A stretch of 64,000 bases of DNA from Halieaceae bacterium (GTDB lineage: Bacteria > Pseudomonadota > Gammaproteobacteria > Pseudomonadales > Halieaceae). Numbering within the stretch: the stretch's first letter is position 1; each line of letters opens with the position of its first letter. The stretch covers positions 4,951 through 68,950 of the forward strand of contig JAYPXQ010000002.1 of assembly GCA_038135595.1 (NCBI GenBank), read 5' to 3'. The translations under genes and the position numbers were made by a program. The notes under the pieces were generated by a model. That model did not search any database and was not told the origin of the DNA. It saw nothing but the letters and a program-made list of their open reading frames with translations. Shown in pieces: positions 32,436 through 40,640 of the stretch.

Positions 32436-33734
32436 ATGTCTTCCGCCCCGTCATCTAACCCTTCTCTACCGGGTGCCCGCTTGATGCTGGCGATGACGGT
32501 GTTGGCGGTCTACATCTGCATGATCGACCGCATTGCCATTTCCATTGCGATTATTCCCATGGCGGAGGAGCAAGGCTGGTCCCCGACCGTTCAGGGTGCG
32601 GTGATGTCCGCCTTTTTTGTGGGATATCTTCTGCTACAGATCCCGGCGGGCTACCTCTCTGACCGATTTGGCGGCAAGTGGGTGCTGGGGCTGGGCGTAA
32701 TCTTCTGGTCGCTATTCACGCTACTGACGCCGATATCCGCCATGCTGGGACTCAGCGTCTTGTTCCTCTGCAGATTTCTGATGGGGATGGCGGAGTCGGT
32801 TACCTGGCCGTCAATTTATGCCTTGTACTCGCAATGGATTCATCCTGATCGCCGGGCTTCTGCGGTGGGTTTGATGAACTCGGGCATTGCGGGGGGAAGC
32901 GTGATCGCTCTGATTTGTACGCCCTGGCTCATCACGGTGTGGTCGTGGCAGGGGGCTTTTTATCTATACGGTGTTTTGGGTGTGGCGTGGTTTTTCGTCT
33001 GGATAGTTAGCGCCCAATCGAGGCCGTCACCGCTGCCACAATGGCACTCCAGCGCTGCGCTGACGACAGACGCGGGATCCGCTTTGGCGCTCGAAGCATC
33101 GGAAGGCGCTGCAGCCTTCCCGCGGCTTACTATCGGACGGATGTTGCGCTCGCGGGCGGTGTGGGCGATCGCCATCGCTCATATCAGCATCAACTGGTCA
33201 CTGTATTTGATTCTGTCTTGGTTCCCCACGTTTGTCAGCCAGGAGCTGGGAGCGGACCTGCAGACCGCGGGATTTTTGGCCCTGGCACCAACCCTGATGT
33301 CGCTGGTCATGGCGCCAGTAGCGGGACGTTTGTTCGATACCCTGGTTTCGCGGGGTTATGACAGACGCAAAGTGCGTCGCGTCATGCAGACCACGGCATT
33401 CGTCGGTATTACCCTGGCGATGCTGGCGGTCACGCTGACAGATTCGCTACTGATCAGTGTGGCCGTAATCACGGTCAGTAATGCTCTCACAGCGTTTTCT
33501 ATTGGTGGCTTTGCTACCAATCATCTTGATATTGCACCCAATCAGTCGGGGCTATTGATGGGTGTCACCAATACGTTGGCGGCGGTGTCTTCCAGCGTAT
33601 CGGTGTTCGTGTCCGGTTGGATTCAGGATCTCTCGGGAGGGTGGGATGCGGTTTTCTATCTGGCGGCGATCGTCTCGGTTTTTGGCGCGGCGTGTTATGG
33701 CTTACTCGCCGATGTTGACCGCGAGTTCGATTAG
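32436..33734 (+). CDS. MFS transporter (anion:cation symporter-like)
   Basis: 432 aa, 12-TM-like. MSAFFVGYLLLQIPAGYLSDRFGGKWVLG is typical of the ACS subfamily. Confidence 0.8.
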   Translation: MSSAPSSNPSLPGARLMLAMTVLAVYICMIDRIAISIAIIPMAEEQGWSPTVQGAVMSAFFVGYLLLQIPAGYLSDRFGGKWVLGLGVIFWSLFTLLTPISAMLGLSVLFLCRFLMGMAESVTWPSIYALYSQWIHPDRRASAVGLMNSGIAGGSVIALICTPWLITVWSWQGAFYLYGVLGVAWFFVWIVSAQSRPSPLPQWHSSAALTTDAGSALALEASEGAAAFPRLTIGRMLRSRAVWAIAIAHISINWSLYLILSWFPTFVSQELGADLQTAGFLALAPTLMSLVMAPVAGRLFDTLVSRGYDRRKVRRVMQTTAFVGITLAMLAVTLTDSLLISVAVITVSNALTAFSIGGFATNHLDIAPNQSGLLMGVTNTLAAVSSSVSVFVSGWIQDLSGGWDAVFYLAAIVSVFGAACYGLLADVDREFD

Positions 33735-33776
33735 ATGCCCGGTGAGGCCCTCGTGCCCGCTACAACCCGCTGGAAC

Positions 33777-33833
33777 AAAAAATATAAATAATAGTTATTA
33801 ATTAAAATAATTATTAAATAAAAATCATTTTTA
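33777..33833. other. Extreme AT tract (57 nt with only two G/C) containing short AT palindromes
   Basis: AAAAAATATAAATAATAGTTATTAATTAAAATAATTATTAAATAAAAATCATTTTTA. TTAATTAA at 33798-33805 and AATAATTATT at 33806-33815. Flanking genes are GC-rich. Confidence 0.9.
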
Positions 33834-33932
33834 CCCATCTAAGGACACGATCAACTGCGCAGTCTGCCCTTATTTCTTCTATTATTCGCGGCGTTTTCAA
33901 GGCCTGAGGGGCCGCTAGCCGAGGATATTGGG

Positions 33933-34034
33933 ATGAAAAAGCGATTTAACACTTGGATAAATAGTTTAGGATTATTACTTACGTACTATGCAGGCGTTTC
34001 AGTAATATTTTATTCTGTTGAGCGCCTTGTTTGA
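33933..34034 (+). CDS. Candidate 33-aa hydrophobic mini-protein (unannotated, below the ORF-track cutoff)
   Basis: GAGGA at 33921-33925, 7 nt before ATG 33933. Encodes MKKRFNTWINSLGLLLTYYAGVSVIFYSVERLV: a basic N-terminus plus one TM-length segment. I count 33 G+C in 102 nt. Coding status is unproven. Confidence 0.25.
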   Translation: MKKRFNTWINSLGLLLTYYAGVSVIFYSVERLV

Positions 34035-34174
34035 TCAGCAGGTCTCGATTCAGTGATGCTTGGTAACACTGCACAGACGGCGGTATTCCTCAGGTCACGG
34101 GGCAGTCAATGAACCGGCGGCGACGTGGGGGCTAACGCGGCTGGTGTCCAGAGGGAGGGCCTCGGGGTACAGTA

Positions 34175-35422
34175 GTGCTTTCAATCGAGGCCACCCTCAT
34201 GGTCAGCCTAGTGGGCATACTGATGTTATTGGCGGTTGCGGTGGGCCTGTCCTCCAACCGTCGCGCGATCCGCGGCAGGACGGTGCTTCTCGCCTTCGCA
34301 CTTCAGGCAGGGATCGGCTTCTTTGCGCTGTTCACTGATTGGGGAATTACCGCATTGTCAGTCGCGTCAGAATACGTCGCGGCGCTGCTGGGATACAGCA
34401 GATCTGGCATCAATTTTGTATTTGGCGGTCTGGTCGACCCGTCCTCTTCATTGGGTTTTGTCTTTGCCTTTAACGTACTACCCGTAGTGATTTTTTTCAG
34501 TGCGTTGATAGCGGTGTTGTATCACCTCCGCGTCATGCAGTGGTTGATCCAGTTTTTGGGCGGGGGCCTCAAAGCGCTCTTGGGGACGAGTCACACAGAG
34601 TCGCTTTCCGCAGCGGCGAATATCTTCGTGGGGCAGGCCGAGGCGCCGCTGGTCGTTCGCCCGTATATCGCCGGTATGACCCGTTCCGAACTGTTTGCCG
34701 TGATGGTGGGTGGCATGGCCTCGATCGCCGGATCGGTGATGGCGGGCTACGTTGCTCTTGGCATCCCACTGGAATATTTGCTGGCGGCCAGCTTTATGGC
34801 GGCGCCGGGTGGGCTGTTGATGGCCAAGCTGATGGAACCCGAGACGGAGGAGCCGCTTGCGCCGGGTCCCGAGGCGGATGTGGCGGGTGAGCAGTATGTG
34901 AATGTGATCGACGCGGCGGCCAAAGGTGCGATGAGTGGCTTGCACATGGCGGGGGCCATTGGGGCGATGCTCCTCGCTTTTATCGGGCTGATTGCGCTGA
35001 TCAACGGCATGCTGGGCGCAGTGGGCAATGGATTTGGGCTTGAGCATCTCACTCTCGAGTCTCTGTTGGGGAGTCTGTTACAACCGCTGGCTTGGTGCTT
35101 GGGAGTGCCGTGGGAAGAGGCCCAATTAGCGGGTAGCCTGATCGGTCAAAAGTTTATTCTCAATGAGTTTGTCGCCTATGTAGCGTTGAGCGATGTCATG
35201 ACCCAGGTCGCGCCTAAAACACAGGCCATCGTCATTTTTGCCCTATGTGGCTTCGCCAATTTATCGTCTATCGCGATATTGCTGGGTGGGCTTGGGGCCA
35301 TCGCACCCAATCGGCGCGACGATATCTCGCGTTTTGGTTTCCGCGCATTGCTCGCAGCGACCCTCGCAAATTTGATGAGTGCCGCCTTGGCTGGATTTTT
35401 TCTCAGCTTGGGCAGTGCCTAG
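34175..35422 (+). CDS. nupC: NupC/NupG-family concentrative nucleoside transporter
   Basis: 415 aa. [35 protein letters not shown] and [16 protein letters not shown] are CNT-family blocks. The start is ambiguous: GTG 34175 or ATG 34199. Confidence 0.88.
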   Translation: MLSIEATLMVSLVGILMLLAVAVGLSSNRRAIRGRTVLLAFALQAGIGFFALFTDWGITALSVASEYVAALLGYSRSGINFVFGGLVDPSSSLGFVFAFNVLPVVIFFSALIAVLYHLRVMQWLIQFLGGGLKALLGTSHTESLSAAANIFVGQAEAPLVVRPYIAGMTRSELFAVMVGGMASIAGSVMAGYVALGIPLEYLLAASFMAAPGGLLMAKLMEPETEEPLAPGPEADVAGEQYVNVIDAAAKGAMSGLHMAGAIGAMLLAFIGLIALINGMLGAVGNGFGLEHLTLESLLGSLLQPLAWCLGVPWEEAQLAGSLIGQKFILNEFVAYVALSDVMTQVAPKTQAIVIFALCGFANLSSIAILLGGLGAIAPNRRDDISRFGFRALLAATLANLMSAALAGFFLSLGSA

Positions 35423-35432
35423 GCGCTCGGTA

Positions 35433-36278
35433 ATGCCTGACGCCTTCGAACTCTCGCCGCTCTCCTACCGGCATCCGGCTTTTCAGCGCCAGTTGGTGTC
35501 ATCGTTGCGCCAATCTGGCTTCGCGTTGATCGTTGACCACCCGCTATCATTGGCGCGCGTAGCGCGTATCTATCGCGAATGGCACGCTTTTTTTTCCCGG
35601 GGTGAGGCTCAGGCCTTCGCCATGGATGCAAGCGGGCAGGACGGCTACTTCTCCTTGGGTGAGGCGGAGCATGCCAAAGGGTATACCCAACGTGATTACA
35701 AGGAGTACTTTCAATATTATCCCTGGGGTCGATGCCCCGAATCTCTGAGAGACGATCTCCACGCCTATTTCGAGGAAGCGGTGACACTGGGCACACAATT
35801 ATTGAGTGATGTCGCGACACTGTTGCCTGACCACGTCAGCGCAAGCTTATCCGAGTCTCTGCCGGGTATGGTTCAAGGTAGCCAAACCTCGATGCTGCGC
35901 ATCACCCATTATCCTCCCGTACAAGCTGACGCCGGGATGATGCGAGCCGCGCCCCATGAGGACATAAACCTGCTGACGTTACTGCCGGCTTCAGATGGTC
36001 CCGGTCTGGAGTTGAGGTTACAAACGGGTGAGTGGGCAAAAGTGCCTCAGCATCCCGAGCAGCTGATTGTTAACGTGGGCGACATGCTGCAGGAGGCAAC
36101 CGGAGGTTACCTTCCCTCGGCAACTCACCGTGTGGTGACGCCCACCGCGCATGAGGGAAGACAAAGCCGCATGTCGCTGCCACTGTTTCTTCACCCGCGG
36201 CCCGAGGTGGCCTTGTCGGCGAGGTATACAGCGGAGTCCTATCTTTCACAGCGGCTCTTCGAGTTGGGCGTGGCCTGA
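35433..36278 (+). CDS. 2-oxoglutarate/Fe(II)-dependent oxygenase (isopenicillin-N-synthase-like family)
   Basis: HxD (APHEDIN), distal His (SATHRVV) and RxS (RMSLPLF). ATG 35433 is 10 nt after the nupC stop. Confidence 0.75.
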   Translation: MPDAFELSPLSYRHPAFQRQLVSSLRQSGFALIVDHPLSLARVARIYREWHAFFSRGEAQAFAMDASGQDGYFSLGEAEHAKGYTQRDYKEYFQYYPWGRCPESLRDDLHAYFEEAVTLGTQLLSDVATLLPDHVSASLSESLPGMVQGSQTSMLRITHYPPVQADAGMMRAAPHEDINLLTLLPASDGPGLELRLQTGEWAKVPQHPEQLIVNVGDMLQEATGGYLPSATHRVVTPTAHEGRQSRMSLPLFLHPRPEVALSARYTAESYLSQRLFELGVA

Positions 36279-36279
36279 G

Positions 36280-37104
36280 GTGAGACTGACTCGACGTTCA
36301 TTGCTAGCGCGCGAATCACGCTCCAATCGTTGCTGGGGTCAATACGGATTTTTTCTGGGGCTTCTAATGCTCAGTTATCAAGTGCAATCGGCGGAGGCGA
36401 CGATTGCCGTGGCAGCCAATTTTCGTGAGACCGCACAGGCGATCGCAGAACGCCTTGAGTCTACTTCCCCCCACCGGTTTACGATTATTTCGGGATCGAC
36501 TGGCAAGCTGGTCAGTCAGGCGCTACACGGCGCACCTTTCGATGTGTTGATGGCGGCTGATCAAGCGAGACCGCTCAGGTTGATTACCGAAGGGCTCGCC
36601 GAGCCGGCTGCGCAGCGCACCTATGCGTTAGGGGAATTGGGGTTGTGGTGGCCTGATAAGGTGACCCCCTTTGGTATTGCGGATTTGAGCGAGCTCAGCC
36701 CGCAGTCCGTCTGTATTGCTAACCCTGCATTGGCCCCATATGGTGCCGCGGCATGGTCCCTTCTAGCGCAGTCGGGGCTGGCGGAGGATTGGCTCGCGGG
36801 AGTGGCGCGTGTGGACAATGTGCACATGGTGGCGGCGATGGTGGCTGAACGCCACGCTCGGGCGGGTTTCGTCGCACGAGCTTCCATTGCCGCAATGGTG
36901 CGAAAGGGTGATATCACCCTGGATGCGCAGTCGATACTGTGGTTGGTGCCTGAGACGCCAATAAGACAGGATCTTGTGCTGTTGAAGCGTGCCGAGGGAA
37001 ATGCGGCGGCGCAATGGTGGGTTATGCAACTCTTTGAGGCGTCGGTGCAGCGCCTGCTCGTGTCTCACGGGTATCGATTACCCAAGGAGGATTCGCTCCA
37101 GTGA
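36280..37104 (+). CDS. modA: Molybdate ABC transporter substrate-binding protein
   Basis: IAVAANF...ISGSTGKLVSQALHGAPFDVLMAADQARP is ModA-like. The start is uncertain: GTG 36280 (1 nt after the oxygenase stop), TTG 36301 or ATG ~36367. Only the first two leave a signal peptide. Confidence 0.8.
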   Translation: MRLTRRSLLARESRSNRCWGQYGFFLGLLMLSYQVQSAEATIAVAANFRETAQAIAERLESTSPHRFTIISGSTGKLVSQALHGAPFDVLMAADQARPLRLITEGLAEPAAQRTYALGELGLWWPDKVTPFGIADLSELSPQSVCIANPALAPYGAAAWSLLAQSGLAEDWLAGVARVDNVHMVAAMVAERHARAGFVARASIAAMVRKGDITLDAQSILWLVPETPIRQDLVLLKRAEGNAAAQWWVMQLFEASVQRLLVSHGYRLPKEDSLQ

Positions 37105-37778
37105 ACGCCGACCTCGAGGCAATAGGTTTGACCGGGTTGCTCGCCGGCGTTACGACGCTGGTATTGGTATTCTTGGCGACACCTCTGGCGTGGTGGTTGG
37201 CAAGCTCTCGGTCCCGTTACCGCCCGATTGTTGAATCCTTGGTCGCCATGCCGCTTATTCTGCCGCCGACCGTGCTTGGTTTTTACTTGCTGGTATTTCT
37301 CAATCCGGAAAGCGTGCTGGGAGGCATCTGGGTTCGCGCCACCGGCCAGTCGCTGACATTTTCTTTCAGCGGGTTGGTGATAGCGTCAGTTATTTATTCG
37401 TTGCCGTTTATGGTGCAACCGCTACAGGGGGCTTTTCGTGCCGTGCCGATCTCTGTGAGGGAATCCGCCGCCGTGCTGGGTGCGTCACCGCAGGACGTTT
37501 TTTTCAACGTTGTGGTGCCACTCGCCCGGAGGGGTTTTCTGACCGGTATCGTGCTGACCTTTGCTCATACGATTGGCGAGTTTGGCGTGGTGCTGATGAT
37601 GGGCGGCAATATTCCGGGAGAAACCCGGGTTCTCTCGATCGCGATCTACGAGCACGTCGAAACGCTGAATTATGACGCTGCACATGTCCTCGCATTGGGT
37701 TTGATGGGGTTTTCTTTCCTCTCCCTGTGGCTGATTTACCGCGTGGCGGGGCGGGGTGCTGAGGTGCTTCGCGGATGA
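37101..37778 (+). CDS. modB: Molybdate ABC transporter permease
   Basis: 225 aa. MPLILPPTVLGFYLL and the EAA-loop region ESAAVLGAS. Overlaps the modA stop. Confidence 0.88.
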   Translation: MNADLEAIGLTGLLAGVTTLVLVFLATPLAWWLASSRSRYRPIVESLVAMPLILPPTVLGFYLLVFLNPESVLGGIWVRATGQSLTFSFSGLVIASVIYSLPFMVQPLQGAFRAVPISVRESAAVLGASPQDVFFNVVVPLARRGFLTGIVLTFAHTIGEFGVVLMMGGNIPGETRVLSIAIYEHVETLNYDAAHVLALGLMGFSFLSLWLIYRVAGRGAEVLRG

Positions 37779-38662
37779 GTCGGCGCCTGATTGTTGACGG
37801 CTGCCTCAGCAGGCCCGGCTTTATGCTTGAGGCGCAGCTTGATATTGATCTCGACCACACAGTAGGCCTGCAAGGTGCGACGGGGGCGGGTAAGACCTCC
37901 CTGCTTCGCATCGTTGCCGGGTTGGAGCCGGGTTTTACCGGGTACCTACAGTTCGGGGCCCAGGTATGGCATGACAGTACCAAGGGTATTAGCGTGCCGA
38001 CTCACTTGCGGAAATTGGGTGTGGTGTTTCAGGACGCGCGCCTATTGCCGAGAAGAACGGTATTGGATAATTTGCGCTTCGCAGCATCGCGATCCGCTGC
38101 ACCATCGTGCGCGGAGCCGCTTGCGAGTCTGGTGAGAGATTTTTCAGTCGATACCCTGATGGGTCGATCGGTCGACACGCTTTCCGGAGGCGAACGACAG
38201 CGCGTGTCGCTGGTGCAGGCCTTACTGACGCAGCCGCAGTTGCTGCTGCTGGATGAACCATTCTCCGCAAATGATGGCGATCACCGTCGGCAGGTGGCGA
38301 CAGCGCTATCGGATTGGCTCAATAAAGAGGCGTTGCCCCTCATCTGCGTATCCCATTCTGCACAAGAGTTACATCTTCTGACTCGCACGACGTTAAAAAT
38401 GAAAGCGGGACGAATTGTGCAGCAGGGTGCAACTGCCGACATGTTGCGGCGCGACGCTGATGACAAGGCTTTCGGCGCCACGGTGCTAGAGGTGGATCAG
38501 CTGAGTGGAAGAGCGACGTTTCAGTGGGATCCGTCCGACCCCGAAACCGCAGAGTTGACCGCTGGGGACCGCATTTATGTGAGTCAGCAACCCGAGCAGG
38601 GTTCACCTGTCGCCCCGCCTTTGCAGCCACAAGCCCAGCAAAATCATCGCAAGGCCGACTAA
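37775..38662 (+). CDS. modC: Molybdate ABC transporter ATP-binding protein
   Basis: Walker A GATGAGKTS, signature LSGGERQRV, Walker B LLLLDEPFS, and a short C-terminal Mop/TOBE-like segment. The last 60 nt overlap the convergent EamA gene. Confidence 0.82.
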   Translation: MSRRLIVDGCLSRPGFMLEAQLDIDLDHTVGLQGATGAGKTSLLRIVAGLEPGFTGYLQFGAQVWHDSTKGISVPTHLRKLGVVFQDARLLPRRTVLDNLRFAASRSAAPSCAEPLASLVRDFSVDTLMGRSVDTLSGGERQRVSLVQALLTQPQLLLLDEPFSANDGDHRRQVATALSDWLNKEALPLICVSHSAQELHLLTRTTLKMKAGRIVQQGATADMLRRDADDKAFGATVLEVDQLSGRATFQWDPSDPETAELTAGDRIYVSQQPEQGSPVAPPLQPQAQQNHRKAD

Positions 38663-39484
38663 GGTGTAGGGTCTCAGGGGTTCTCCTGCGATCAGCCAAA
38701 TCAACAGCAGTGACGCGGGCGGCGACAGAAAGATGAGGCTGGAAATTCGAATGGCAGACCGCGTTGCCTGCATCGCGCCCATCCATAGAACGAAGGCAAC
38801 TCCCATCTCAAAAAGACCGACGTAGAGGCCGCCCAACCACCCTTGCCATGACGTGGGTATCGAGCTGCCCTGATACCAAACCATTACGAAAAGCAGGGGA
38901 AGCGCGCCCGAGAAATTCAGGAAGAGCTGTACTTCGGGGTCTATGGCTTTTCGCGCATTGATGACCCAGTAGAGGCTCCAGATGATTGTGCTGAGCAGTG
39001 CGAGCGCCACGCCCTCGGGTTGCGCAAAGTTCAATGCGGCCAGCTCGCCACGAGTGGCGATAATCAGGATGCCGAAGTAGCTGATGCCGCTGGTGAGTAG
39101 CGCGTAGAGACTCAGTTTCTGTCCCAGTATTGGCGCCGCGATGAGCGCCAGCGTGATGCCCCAAGAGTAGTTGATCGCCATCGCCTCTTGCGCGGGTAGC
39201 CGGTCATAGGCCGCGAATAGCACGAGGTAGTAGAGCGCCGGGTTGATCCAGCCCATGGCGAGTCCGAACAGTCGATCTCTTGAATCGGTGGCGCGTAGCG
39301 CCTGCCTTCGCCCCGGCTGCACAAGCCTGAGCGATAAAAAACACCAGCTGACAGCGCTCGCCAGCGTCACCAGTTGCAACGGCGTCAGGTATCTCAAACT
39401 GATGCTGAATGCGGTAGCGACGGTACTCCACAACATGACTGCGCTCAGCCCCAGTTTTAAGGCGCGACGCTCGTTTGCCGTCAT
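38603..39484 (-). CDS. DMT-superfamily (EamA-like) transporter
   Basis: 293 aa, ~10 TM segments in a duplicated EamA-like pattern. Confidence 0.75.
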   Translation of the reverse strand: MTANERRALKLGLSAVMLWSTVATAFSISLRYLTPLQLVTLASAVSWCFLSLRLVQPGRRQALRATDSRDRLFGLAMGWINPALYYLVLFAAYDRLPAQEAMAINYSWGITLALIAAPILGQKLSLYALLTSGISYFGILIIATRGELAALNFAQPEGVALALLSTIIWSLYWVINARKAIDPEVQLFLNFSGALPLLFVMVWYQGSSIPTSWQGWLGGLYVGLFEMGVAFVLWMGAMQATRSAIRISSLIFLSPPASLLLIWLIAGEPLRPYTLVGLAMILLGLWLQRRGDR

Positions 39485-39578
39485 AACGTTGAGTCCGTCA
39501 ATGTTGGCCTAACCCCTAACCATTCATCTCGCAACGTGACAAGATGCGCGTTCTGAAAAACAAGTGGAAGTGAACAGC

Positions 39579-40136
39579 ATGGGACACATTGGCGAACATG
39601 TCACCCTGGACAATCCAGCCTTTATTCACGAAAGCGCATGGCTCTACGGCAAAGTCTACGTGGGTCCTGGTGCCTCGATCTGGCCCAACGTAGTCACGCG
39701 CGCGGAAACCTATGAGATCCGAATCGGCGCGCGCACCAATATTCAGGATTTCGTGATGATCCATGTTGGGATCGCTTCTCCCACCATTATTGGTGAGGAC
39801 TGCTCCATCACCCATCACGCGACGCTTCACGGCTGTGAAATTGGTGATCGCTGCTTGATCGGCATTAACGCCACCATCATGGACGGCGCAAAGATTGGCG
39901 AGAATTCGATTGTAGCCGGGCACACTATTATCACAGAGAACAAAGAATTCCCGCCGAATTCAGTCATCGCGGGAGTGCCTGGCAAGGTGGTCGCGACGCG
40001 CAATTGTGGGGATGCCAACTTACTCAATGCCCGGTTCTACACCGCCTGCGCGGAACAGTATCGCCAGGGTAATGATCTGCTGCCTGAAGATGAGCTGGCG
40101 CAATTTGCTAGTCTGTCTAAGTCGGCTGATAGCTGA
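39579..40136 (+). CDS. Gamma-carbonic-anhydrase-like / hexapeptide-repeat protein (YrdA/PaaY family)
   Basis: IWPNVVTRAETYEIRIGARTNIQDFVMIHVG...ITHHATLHGCEIG left-handed beta-helix repeats with conserved His positions. An alternative GTG start lies at 39564. Confidence 0.8.
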   Translation: MGHIGEHVTLDNPAFIHESAWLYGKVYVGPGASIWPNVVTRAETYEIRIGARTNIQDFVMIHVGIASPTIIGEDCSITHHATLHGCEIGDRCLIGINATIMDGAKIGENSIVAGHTIITENKEFPPNSVIAGVPGKVVATRNCGDANLLNARFYTACAEQYRQGNDLLPEDELAQFASLSKSADS

Positions 40137-40217
40137 ATTCTCTCATCACCCGTTGAGCTTCAGTGGCCGCGTGCTTGCCTGTCTCTTCGCGGGTGCAGCA
40201 CGGGGACAGGGCGTGGC

Positions 40218-40601
40218 CTAATGCTGAGGCGCCGCGTTCTCGGGAGTCACCATGGTTTGCTGGTGCACCGCGAGCAGCGTTTGCAGGTCGCCGCCATTTT
40301 GCAATTGTGAGAAGCCTGCTGACCTGAGCGTAGCCTCCGCTTTCCCGGACCGATTACCGCTTCTGCAGTAAAGCAGCAGCGGGGTGCTGGGGGACACAGA
40401 GCTGGCCGCTAATCCCTCCACAATACGGTCGTGAGGGATATTGATGGCCCCCGGAAAGTGCCCCGAGGCGAATTCCTCCGCTGCGCGCACATCAACAATG
40501 ACTGCATTGGGCGGAATATCCCTGTTGAAGGCGCGGCTTGTATCGGCTGAGCAGGCAAAGAGCGCTGCGAAAGCACAAATGGCCAATAAGACTTTGGACA
40601 C
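40218..40601 (-). CDS. Exported single-domain rhodanese (PspE-like sulfurtransferase)
   Basis: Signal peptide MSKVLLAICAFAALFAC, then VDVRAAEEFASGHFPGAINIP and the active-site loop CRSGNRSG. Confidence 0.8.
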   Translation of the reverse strand: MSKVLLAICAFAALFACSADTSRAFNRDIPPNAVIVDVRAAEEFASGHFPGAINIPHDRIVEGLAASSVSPSTPLLLYCRSGNRSGKAEATLRSAGFSQLQNGGDLQTLLAVHQQTMVTPENAAPQH

Positions 40602-40640
40602 GTGAACGCCTCCTCTGCTGGCAGTGGAGGCGAGAGTGTA

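Noticed and set aside
36283-36300. Twin-arginine-like LTRRSLLA motif at the putative ModA N-terminus
   Set aside because: It depends on the uncertain GTG 36280 start. The RR is separated from the hydrophobic core by a charged stretch (ARESRSNR). ModA proteins are normally Sec substrates.
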